From: an uncultured Bacillota bacterium
Lineage (GTDB): Bacteria; Bacillota; Clostridia; Christensenellales; UBA1242
Direction of reading: 5' to 3'
Assembly (NCBI GenBank): GCA_947088415.1
Contig: CAMUGK010000001.1
Span: forward strand, 1 to 36,404
DNA: 36,404 nucleotides
Shown here: one piece after another, positions 26,891 to 34,110 of the stretch
How positions within the stretch are numbered: position 1 is the first letter of the stretch
How the letters are laid out: each line of letters opens with the position of its first letter
Program-made: the position numbers and the translations under genes
The notes under the pieces: model-generated
Database searches by the model: none
Seen by the model: only the letters and a program-made list of their open reading frames with translations
What the model was told of the DNA's origin: nothing

Positions 26891-27157
26891 CGACAAAATT
26901 CGACAACATTTTTAATGATTGTTGTCTTTTAATGATTGTTGTCGTTTTATTAACTATTCAGTTCAGTAAAACTAACTACTTTATTCGACAAAATTCGACG
27001 ATTTTTGTTAAATCTTAAATATAAGATTGTGCAATAGTGATTTTAAAAATCACAAAAGAACTTCTTTATTCAAATATTTCGATATTTTATATTAATGAAG
27101 AAAATTACAAAAATTAAAACAATTATAGTTCCTCCATTAATCGACAAAATTCGACAA
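26891..27157 (-). repeat. three minus-oriented copies of TGTCGAATTTTGTCG(A) in a gene-free spacer
   Basis: Copies at 26891-26905, 26984-27000 and 27141-27157, plus a half-site at 27074-27082. There is also a tandem TTAATGATTGTTGTC duplication at about 26911-26942. Confidence 0.7.
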
Positions 27158-27328
27158 GCATAAAAACTTGCATGCAATTCGATAAAATTCTCAAAACTTA
27201 GCACAATTTGCACATAATACTCAATAGTTTAAAATTATAATAAAAAATTTAAAACTTTCTTTCTTAAATAGCTTAAAATCATTTGCTTTAAAGATTTTTA
27301 AGTGTTAATATCTTATATAGATTTAAAT

Positions 27329-27345
27329 TGTCGAAAAATGTTGAA
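27329..27345 (+). promoter_or_regulatory. TGTCGAAAAATGTTGAA motif in the 5' leader of a lipoprotein gene
   Basis: It lies downstream of TTGCTT-17-TAATAT and immediately before the SD AAGGAAAG. It is paralogous to 30966-30982. Confidence 0.6.
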
Positions 27346-27359
27346 TAAAGGAAAGTAAT

Positions 27360-27800
27360 ATGAAAAGATTTTTTAGTAAATTTTTACTATGTTTAAGTTT
27401 AATTACTTGTATTGGCTTGGTAGGTTGTGGTGGTATTTCAGAGACTCCACCAAATTCTAGCAATGAAATTGTTGAGCCAGAAAATCCAGTCGAACCACAA
27501 CCTCCTAAAGAAGAGCAGTCAAAAATTGACTTTGAACAACTTGCAAAAAACATTCTTGAAAAGTTGTCAACGTATTATGCTTTTGATTATGAAGATGAAG
27601 AAATAGTAAAATTAAATATTTCAGAAGAAAAGTTAGAAATTGAGCTTAATTTAGTAGATTGTATTGATGATAGTGATTCTCCAGATATTCAAGAATATGT
27701 TAAACAAGAAGTTTCTAAGTTTGAAATAAATGACAGTGAAATAAACTTTTTAAACATAGATTGTGTAATAACGATAACTATTAATAAACCTAAAATTTAA
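27360..27800 (+). CDS. lipoprotein (paralogue family)
   Basis: MKRFFSKFLLCLSLITCIGLVGC: signal peptide with lipobox LVGC. A Pro/Glu-rich linker and a C-terminal domain follow. Confidence 0.75.
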   Translation: MKRFFSKFLLCLSLITCIGLVGCGGISETPPNSSNEIVEPENPVEPQPPKEEQSKIDFEQLAKNILEKLSTYYAFDYEDEEIVKLNISEEKLEIELNLVDCIDDSDSPDIQEYVKQEVSKFEINDSEINFLNIDCVITITINKPKI

Positions 27801-27989
27801 TTCTAGGCTTATACCATTTTTATACTATTGGGGTGATTTTTAATTGAAAAATTTAGTTTTAGTTAAGCATTTCATTAATTATAAAATAAATTAACTTTGC
27901 AGTATAAATAAAATGATTTGCAGCCCTTATGTTTTAAAAACTGCAAACTTTTTAAAATTTTTATTCTCTATAATTGAAAGCAATCAGTG

Positions 27990-28016
27990 AAAAAAGCCCG
28001 TAAAATCGGGCTTTTT
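27990..28016. terminator. bidirectional terminator
   Basis: AGCCCG-TAAAAT-CGGGCT flanked by A6 and T5. Confidence 0.75.
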
Positions 28017-28022
28017 CGATAA

Positions 28023-28047
28023 TTTGGATGAGTGGACTCGAACCACC
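28023..28047 (-). pseudogene. duplicated 3' end (T-arm plus acceptor) of tRNA-Ile
   Basis: GGATGAGTGGACTCGAACCACC (28026-28047) is identical to 28133-28154 inside the intact tRNA-Ile. No 5' half is present. Confidence 0.7.
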
Positions 28048-28126
28048 TTTAGTATATACTCCGCTTCGCTTAGTATAAGGTGAAAGTTTTTGAAATAAAA
28101 AAATCACCCTTAATAAGTGATTCTTT

Positions 28127-28203
28127 TGGTTGGGATGAGTGGACTCGAACCACCGACCCCCACCTTATCAGGGTGGTGCTCTAACCGACTGAGCTACATC
28201 CCA
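28127..28203 (-). tRNA. tRNA-Ile (anticodon GAU), CCA encoded
   Basis: Reverse complement: TGGGATG-TA-GCTC..GAGC-A-CCACC-CTGATAA-GGTGG-..-GGTGG-TTCGAGT-CCACT-CATCCCA-A-CCA. Its own terminator ATCAC..GTGAT plus T7 lies at 28101-28124. Confidence 0.9.
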
Positions 28204-28378
28204 TTAACAAACTTCTGGAATTTCCAGAGTTTTATAAGCGTTTTAGATCAAATAAAATTTGTGATTTGAGAGGGATTCATCGCAAATTTCTAAAACGCAT
28301 TAGCATTATAATTGATATTAAAGATAAAGTCAACTGTTTTGTTAAAATTTAATTAAATTTTTTAATTTTTGTTTGATT

Positions 28379-28395
28379 TGTCGAAATATGTCGAA
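28379..28395 (+). promoter_or_regulatory. TGTCGAAATATGTCGAA motif upstream of the tRNA-Gly promoter
   Basis: It lies 41 nt upstream of TTGACA (28437-28442), which is followed by a 17 nt spacer and TATACT (28460-28465). Confidence 0.6.
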
Positions 28396-28478
28396 TAACG
28401 AATGCGGTATTAAAATATTTTAATAACAAATAAAGTTTGACAAATATTTTTATTATTGATATACTGCTTAATAGAAAT

Positions 28479-28552
28479 GCGGGTGTAGTTCATCGGTAGA
28501 ATGCGAGCTTCCCAAGCTTGAGAGGTGGGTCCGACTCCCATCATCCGCTCCA
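28479..28552 (+). tRNA. tRNA-Gly (anticodon CCC) with an atypical T-loop
   Basis: GCGGGTG-TA-GTTC-ATCGGTA-GAAT-G-CGAGC-TTCCCAA-GCTTG-AGAG-GTGGG-TCCGACT-CCCAT-CATCCGC-T-CCA. The fold is good, but the T-loop reads UCCGACU instead of UUCGAnU. Confidence 0.8.
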
Positions 28553-28828
28553 ACTTTACATTCAAAAAAGTCTCTTTTTTAGAGATTTGATTGAATGTAT
28601 TTTTTATTGCCCAAATGCCCCATAAATAAAGGGAAGTGGCGATTTTTGGGTATTCAACATTAGAGTATTATGGATTATCAAAACATCAATTTTTTATATT
28701 TGACTTTGTGGAATGCATAGCCAAGTCCACACTTTATTGCAAAATGCAAGTGTAGGTAGTCGAATTTTAGGCAGAAAAAATAAAGAAAAATCGATGCAGA
28801 ATTCAAAGAGTTGTGGTATAATGAAATT

Positions 28829-29389
28829 ATGAAAGATTTATTAACATTTATCAATAGGGAAAAATTTAGAGAATGGCTTTCTGAGCATTGTCAGAACTGT
28901 GAGGGGGTTTGGCTTTTATTCAGCAAATCAAAAGACTCAAAAACAATCAAGGCGGAGGAGGCACTTGAAGAAGCATTGTGTTTTGGGTGGATAGACGGAC
29001 AGATACAAAGTATTGATGACATAACATACAAGAAGTATTTTTCACGGAGAAGAGCAAACAGCAAGTGGTCAGATAAGAATAAGACATTGGTTAAAAGCCT
29101 TGAAGAAAGAGGGTTGATGACCGACTTTGGAAGAGTGAAGATAGAAGAAGCAAAGAAAAATGGACAATGGGATGCTGTTGACCCTATGAAATTTACAGAG
29201 GAACAAATCAATGTTCTGGATGAAATTTTGAAAGCATATGAACCAGCATACTCCAATTTCCAAGCAATGTCTATGTCAGTAAAAAAGACATACACAAGAG
29301 CATACTTTGAAGCAAAAACAGATGCAGGTAAGGCAAAGAGAATTGCTTGGATAGTTGATAGGCTTAACAAAAATTTGAAACCTATGTAA
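28829..29389 (+). CDS. YdeI/OmpD-associated family protein
   Basis: REKFREWLSEHC...VWLLF...EEALEEALCFGWIDGQIQSIDD..Y..YFSRRRANSKWS is typical of this family. The ATG at 28829 is 6 nt after TGGTATAAT. The track starts at a TTG inside the promoter. Confidence 0.75.
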   Translation: MKDLLTFINREKFREWLSEHCQNCEGVWLLFSKSKDSKTIKAEEALEEALCFGWIDGQIQSIDDITYKKYFSRRRANSKWSDKNKTLVKSLEERGLMTDFGRVKIEEAKKNGQWDAVDPMKFTEEQINVLDEILKAYEPAYSNFQAMSMSVKKTYTRAYFEAKTDAGKAKRIAWIVDRLNKNLKPM

Positions 29390-29404
29390 AACAAGGAGGC
29401 AAAG

Positions 29405-29818
29405 ATGACCAAAGAAAAATTATTTGAATTTATTGCAAAGCAAAAGACAGCATTCATTTCATCAGTTGATGAACAAGGCTACCCAATAACAAGGGCGATG
29501 CTAAGCCCTAGGGAAATTGATGGCAATGATATATATTTTTCAACAAATACTTCAAGTAAGAAAGTTGAACAGTATTTGGCAAACAATAAGGCTTGTGTTT
29601 ATTTTTACAAGCGTGGCAGATTTAAATACCAAGGTGTGACAATTAAAGGAACAATGCAAGTTTGCACCGATCAGGAGAGCAAAAATAAGATTTGGAGAAT
29701 TGGTGACAAAATTTTCTATAAACAAGGTGTAACAGACCCAGATTATTGCGTGTTAAAATTTACAGCTGAGGAAGGTGAATATTATTGTGACTTTAAGATT
29801 GAAAACATTAAGTTTTAG
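29405..29818 (+). CDS. pyridoxamine 5'-phosphate oxidase family (general-stress-protein-26-like) protein
   Basis: AFISSVDEQGYPITRAMLSPREIDGNDIYFSTNTSSKKVEQYLANNKACVYFY is a split-barrel FMN-binding pattern. GGAGG SD. 137 aa. Confidence 0.7.
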   Translation: MTKEKLFEFIAKQKTAFISSVDEQGYPITRAMLSPREIDGNDIYFSTNTSSKKVEQYLANNKACVYFYKRGRFKYQGVTIKGTMQVCTDQESKNKIWRIGDKIFYKQGVTDPDYCVLKFTAEEGEYYCDFKIENIKF

Positions 29819-29914
29819 AGATAGAAAATCATAAGCAAAAGTTTGTGATTTTTTGTTAAAATTGATTGCGGTTGCAAAGAATTGTGGTATAATCAATTTA
29901 TAGGAGAATATACA

Positions 29915-30691
29915 ATGAAATCATTGCAACTTGAAAATACACCAATTGCTTATTATATTGATGAATCAGCCAATAAAGAATGGATTGTGTTTATTCACGC
30001 AGCATTTGTAGATCATAGAATGTTTGAAAAGCAGTTTGAATATTTTTCTGGCAAATATAATTTACTTGCAGTTGATATAATTGGACATGGCAATTCAATC
30101 AAGGCAAAAAAAGGTGATTCAATTGAAAACATATCTTTTTGGATTAATCAAATTTTTGAAAAACACAACATAAAAGCGGCACATTTTGTTGGAGTTTCAT
30201 TAGGATCTGTTTTTATACAAGATTTTGCCAATAAATATGAAGATAAGGTTTTATCTCTCGCTTGTTTTGGTGGATATGACATAAACAATTTTGACCTTAA
30301 AAAACAAAAAAGCAATTCAAAAGAGCAGAAGAAAATGATGCTAAAAGCAATGTTTTCAATAAAATGGTTTGCAAAGGCAAACAAAAGAATTTCTGCTTTT
30401 ACAACTCAAGCGCAAGAAGAGTTTTACAATTTGAATCTGAAATTTAAGAAAAAGTCTTTTATGTATTTGGCTGGATTGCAAAAACTTATAAATAAATTCC
30501 CTACCAAGCAAAGAAAATATAAATTGTTAGTAGGTTGTGGCGAACACGATATTCCTATGGAGATAGATATTGTAAACGAATGGGCAGAAAGAGAACATTG
30601 TGAAAAAGTCATAATTAAAGGTGCAGGACATTGCGTAAATATGGATAAATCGCAGGAATTTAACGATTGTTTAGAAAGGTTTTGGCATTAA
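29915..30691 (+). CDS. alpha/beta-fold hydrolase
   Basis: HAAF oxyanion region, nucleophile elbow GVSLG (GxSxG), and C-terminal GAGHCVNMD carrying the catalytic His. AGGAGA SD lies before the ATG at 29915, and the TTG in the track lies inside the TGGTATAAT promoter. Confidence 0.75.
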   Translation: MKSLQLENTPIAYYIDESANKEWIVFIHAAFVDHRMFEKQFEYFSGKYNLLAVDIIGHGNSIKAKKGDSIENISFWINQIFEKHNIKAAHFVGVSLGSVFIQDFANKYEDKVLSLACFGGYDINNFDLKKQKSNSKEQKKMMLKAMFSIKWFAKANKRISAFTTQAQEEFYNLNLKFKKKSFMYLAGLQKLINKFPTKQRKYKLLVGCGEHDIPMEIDIVNEWAEREHCEKVIIKGAGHCVNMDKSQEFNDCLERFWH

Positions 30692-30965
30692 TTTATTAGA
30701 TAAAAAGATTGAATAATTTTTAATATATAAAAGATTTTGTAAAGTATTGAAACTGCAATACTTTTTTTCTATTCTATTTATTCGGAAAAAATCAACAAAA
30801 TTAAAAGATAGCTGTAGAGCTAATTTAATTTGGTAAACGTAAAAAAGATTACATTTACTCAATAGTGTAAAAATATTTTTTAAAATTTTTAAATAGTTTA
30901 AAAAATCTTTGGAAATCATTTGCATTAATTTTCTTAAAGTGATAATATTTGCAAGGCAAATAAAT

Positions 30966-30982
30966 TGTCGAAAAATGCCGAA
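30966..30982 (+). promoter_or_regulatory. TGTCGAAAAATGCCGAA motif in the 5' leader of a lipoprotein gene
   Basis: It lies downstream of TTGCAT-17-TAATAT and directly before the SD AAGGAAAG. Confidence 0.6.
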
Positions 30983-30997
30983 TAAGGAAAGAAGAAA

Positions 30998-31537
30998 ATG
31001 AAAAGATTTTTTAGTGGAATATTAATTAGTCTTGCAATTATTGTTTGTATTGGTTTGGTAGGTTGTGGAGGAAAAGATAATCCGCCAGATTCCAATTTAG
31101 ATAACGAAATTGTTGAGCCTTCACAACCAGAAAAACCAGCAGAGCCAGAAGGGCCAATAAATCCTGACAACCCTCCAGATGAAGAACCACCAATTGATGA
31201 AGAGCCAAATGACTCAATGCTTGAAAAGTTTAAAGTTTTGGCAGATGAGATTTTGCTGGGGATATCGCTTTCATATGATATTGGGGAAGAATATGAATTG
31301 GTTGTTAAAAATCAAATTACAAATGATAAGTTAGAGATAATTATAGATTTTGAAGATACAGAATTGTCGGATGAAGATTTATTTCAAGAAGCCTTTGAAG
31401 ATATTAAAGATATAATAACAAATCTTGTTGATAAATCAGAGATTGATAATTTACATCTGGACTGTCAAGGAAAGAATTTCAAAGTTAAAATTTTAATAAC
31501 CCCAATTATTGAACCAGCACTTAGAAAAGGCGAATAG
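30998..31537 (+). CDS. lipoprotein (paralogue family)
   Basis: MKRFFSGILISLAIIVCIGLVGC with lipobox LVGC. A long Pro/Glu/Asp linker (PEKPAEPEGPINPDNPPDEEPPIDEEP) precedes the C-terminal domain. Confidence 0.75.
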   Translation: MKRFFSGILISLAIIVCIGLVGCGGKDNPPDSNLDNEIVEPSQPEKPAEPEGPINPDNPPDEEPPIDEEPNDSMLEKFKVLADEILLGISLSYDIGEEYELVVKNQITNDKLEIIIDFEDTELSDEDLFQEAFEDIKDIITNLVDKSEIDNLHLDCQGKNFKVKILITPIIEPALRKGE

Positions 31538-31638
31538 GTCTTTATATTATCTTGAAAATTTAAAGCAAACAAAAAACACTTGGTAATATTGCAGGTGTTT
31601 TTTGTTCTGTAAGTTTATTAGATAGTTTAATGATTTTT

Positions 31639-32403
31639 TTAAAATCTGTTTTCAACAAGTTGTTTTATATCAAAATTTTCTTTTGTCATATTAAAATAAA
31701 TCAAATATTCTATATTCCCATCGCCGCCAGTGATAGGAGAATGGCAGATATTGCAAACTGGGAAATCTAAAGATTGGCAATATGCAACAAAATTGTTTAA
31801 AAGTTTGATATGTAATCTTTTATCTTTAATTATTCCTTTATATTTTTTTGCTAATTCTTTGCCACACTCAAATTGTGGTTTGAATAAAAACATAGTTTCT
31901 TTATTTCCAAACAATGCTTTTATTGTTGGCAGAACTTTTGTTAATGAGATAAATGATAAATCGCCAATAATTATTTCAACATCACAAACTTCTTCAAAAT
32001 TAAGTGACCGTATATCTCGCCCTTGCAGATTGACTACACGCTTGTCTGATGCGAGAGATTTGTCAAGTTCATCTTTGCCTATATCTAGAGAATAAACCTT
32101 GATTGCGCCATAATTTAATGCAACTTCAGTAAAACCGCCAGTCGATGCACCAACATCTAAAACAACTTTATTTTTAAAATCTAAATTAAAACTTTTGATT
32201 GCACCAAGAAGTTTGTAAGCTCCGCGAGATACATATTCTTCGTGTTCTAAAATTTGAATATGAGAATTTTCATCAACTAAAAGTGATGGTTTAGCTTCTT
32301 TCCCGTCAACCAAAACAAGCCCTTGCGATATTATTGCTTGGGCTTTGCTTCGAGATTTTATATTAAGCTTGTGGGTAATAAAACTATCCAGTCTTTCTTT
32401 CAC
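31639..32403 (-). CDS. tlyA: TlyA-family rRNA 2'-O-methyltransferase
   Basis: N-terminal S4 domain (RLDSFITHKLNIKSRSKAQAIISQGLVLVDGK) plus an FtsJ-type SAM motif VLDVGASTGGFTEVAL. 254 aa. Confidence 0.85.
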   Translation of the reverse strand: MKERLDSFITHKLNIKSRSKAQAIISQGLVLVDGKEAKPSLLVDENSHIQILEHEEYVSRGAYKLLGAIKSFNLDFKNKVVLDVGASTGGFTEVALNYGAIKVYSLDIGKDELDKSLASDKRVVNLQGRDIRSLNFEEVCDVEIIIGDLSFISLTKVLPTIKALFGNKETMFLFKPQFECGKELAKKYKGIIKDKRLHIKLLNNFVAYCQSLDFPVCNICHSPITGGDGNIEYLIYFNMTKENFDIKQLVENRF

Positions 32404-32412
32404 ATTAACTCC

Positions 32413-33906
32413 TTAATTTTGAAATAAATGTTTGCTTGCAAACTGCGGTTCACAAGTAATGTTAATTCCAAGTTTTTTGAGAGTAGATTCTTCACTAGGT
32501 GGCAAAATGTAAGTTGAATGTGCTTCGGTATTTTTAAGTTCTGGCAGTTTCTTAATAATCTTTGCGGCTTTTTCATTGCTTGATGAACTTATTGCAAGAG
32601 CAACTAAAACATCATCTAAAGTTAAAACGCTTTTCTTTGAGTTAAGATATTTTGTTCGCAAGTTGATAATTGGCATTAAAACATCGTCAGATATAACATC
32701 AAAATCATCACCCATTTTTGTAAGTGTGCGAAGTGCGTTTAAAACTACCGCGCCACTTGCTGAAATAACTTTTTTGGTTTTACCAGTTACAATTTTACCA
32801 TTTCCTAATTCTAATGCAATGCAAGGGTATCCACTTGCTTTGCTTGTCTGCTTGGCAACTTTTGTCACTTCCAAATAGTTAGGGTCAAAATCAAGTTCGC
32901 TCATCAAATATTCAAGCCTTTCAACTGTATCTAGGCTAGCAGAGCCTTTTTTATAGTCGCATTTTGCACGATAATATCTTCTTACAATTTCACGTTTTGA
33001 TGCTTCTTCAACTATTTTCATGTCGACAATCGCTTTTGCAACCATATTTACGCCCATATCAGTAGGGGATTTGTAAGGCTCGCCACCAGTAATTTTTTTG
33101 AGAATATTATGTAAAACTGGAAAAACTTCAATGTCACGATTATAGTTGACAGTAAGTTCGTTATATGCGTTAAAGTGATAAGGGTCAATTTGATTTACAT
33201 CTTTTAAGTCTGCTGTTGCGGCTTCATATGCAATATTTACAGGACTTTTTAATGGCAAATTCCAAACTGGAAAGGTTTCAAATTTAGCGTAACCCGCTTT
33301 GACGCCATGTTTATGTTCATGGTAGAGTTGACTTAAACAAGTTGCAAGTTTGCCACTTGATGGGCCAGGTGCTGTAACAATGACAAGTGGTCTTGTTGTT
33401 TCAATATATGGATTAGCGCCATAACCTTCATCAGAAACAATGGTTTCAACATCGTTTGGATAACCTTTTGTATAATTATGAAAGTAAACCCTTTCATTTC
33501 GGTTTTCAAGTTTTCTTGCAAACTTAACTGCACTAGGTTGACCTTTAAAAAGAGTGATAACAATCGCCGAAACATAAAGGTCAAGGTCGCGAAGATTGTC
33601 TATAAGTCTTAACACTTCGTCGTCATAACTAAGTCCTAAATCAGCACGAACTCTATTCTTTTCAATATCGTTTGCACTTATGCAAAAGATAATTTCTGCT
33701 TTGTCTTTAAGCTTAACTAAAAGTTTAGTTTTAATATTAGGGTCAAACCCTGGCAACACGCGTGAAGCGTGAAGGTCATCAAAAATTTTGCCACCAAACT
33801 CAAGATAAAGCTTGCCCGAAAATGTGTTAATACGCTTTAAAATGTTCTCACTTTGAAGTTTTAAATAAAGATCATTGTCAAAACCTATATTTTTAATGTT
33901 TTCCAT
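32413..33906 (-). CDS. DUF1846 / UPF0371 family protein
   Basis: GKLYLEFGGKIFDDLHASRVLPGFDP, TAPGPSSGKLATC, GYAKFETFPVWNLPL and EAHSTYILPP match my recollection of streptococcal UPF0371 proteins. 497 aa. Confidence 0.8.
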   Translation of the reverse strand: MENIKNIGFDNDLYLKLQSENILKRINTFSGKLYLEFGGKIFDDLHASRVLPGFDPNIKTKLLVKLKDKAEIIFCISANDIEKNRVRADLGLSYDDEVLRLIDNLRDLDLYVSAIVITLFKGQPSAVKFARKLENRNERVYFHNYTKGYPNDVETIVSDEGYGANPYIETTRPLVIVTAPGPSSGKLATCLSQLYHEHKHGVKAGYAKFETFPVWNLPLKSPVNIAYEAATADLKDVNQIDPYHFNAYNELTVNYNRDIEVFPVLHNILKKITGGEPYKSPTDMGVNMVAKAIVDMKIVEEASKREIVRRYYRAKCDYKKGSASLDTVERLEYLMSELDFDPNYLEVTKVAKQTSKASGYPCIALELGNGKIVTGKTKKVISASGAVVLNALRTLTKMGDDFDVISDDVLMPIINLRTKYLNSKKSVLTLDDVLVALAISSSSNEKAAKIIKKLPELKNTEAHSTYILPPSEESTLKKLGINITCEPQFASKHLFQN

Positions 33907-34110
33907 AAACCCTCCTAGTTTCTTTTAGTATATATTTTTTGGTTAATTTTAGCAAATAAATAAAAAAGGTTTTTCTAAGATTAGTAAATTTTTATTTTTC
34001 ACAAACATGGCATAATTGTGTAAAAATTTGTAATCGCAATAAATTTTGTTTGATTAATTATTTAAGTTGTGCTAAAATATTTGTTGTAAAACTAAAATTC
34101 GGAGGAAAAA

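Noticed and set aside
25510-27160. Possible CRISPR array, given the many short repeats
   Set aside because: The repeats are heterogeneous: heptamers, a 58 nt core present twice, and 15-17 nt motifs at irregular spacings of 80-160 nt. There is no regular repeat-spacer periodicity and there are no cas genes.
28891-29457. 188 aa ORF antisense to the YdeI-like gene, plus the nested 64 aa ORF
   Set aside because: The plus-strand gene carries a recognisable family signature (EALCFGWIDG...). The antisense product is low-complexity and Phe/Ser/Leu-rich, with no motif or SD.
30671-30925. 84 aa minus-strand ORF between the hydrolase and lipoprotein genes
   Set aside because: It has no SD, overlaps the hydrolase stop and the region upstream of the lipoprotein promoter, and its composition mirrors AT-rich spacer DNA.
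25000-31600. The whole accessory stretch as a prophage or integrative conjugative element
   Set aside because: It has no integrase, no structural, replication or transfer genes, and no large flanking att repeats. The content is small metabolic or stress enzymes, lipoproteins and tRNAs. Only local scars are seen.
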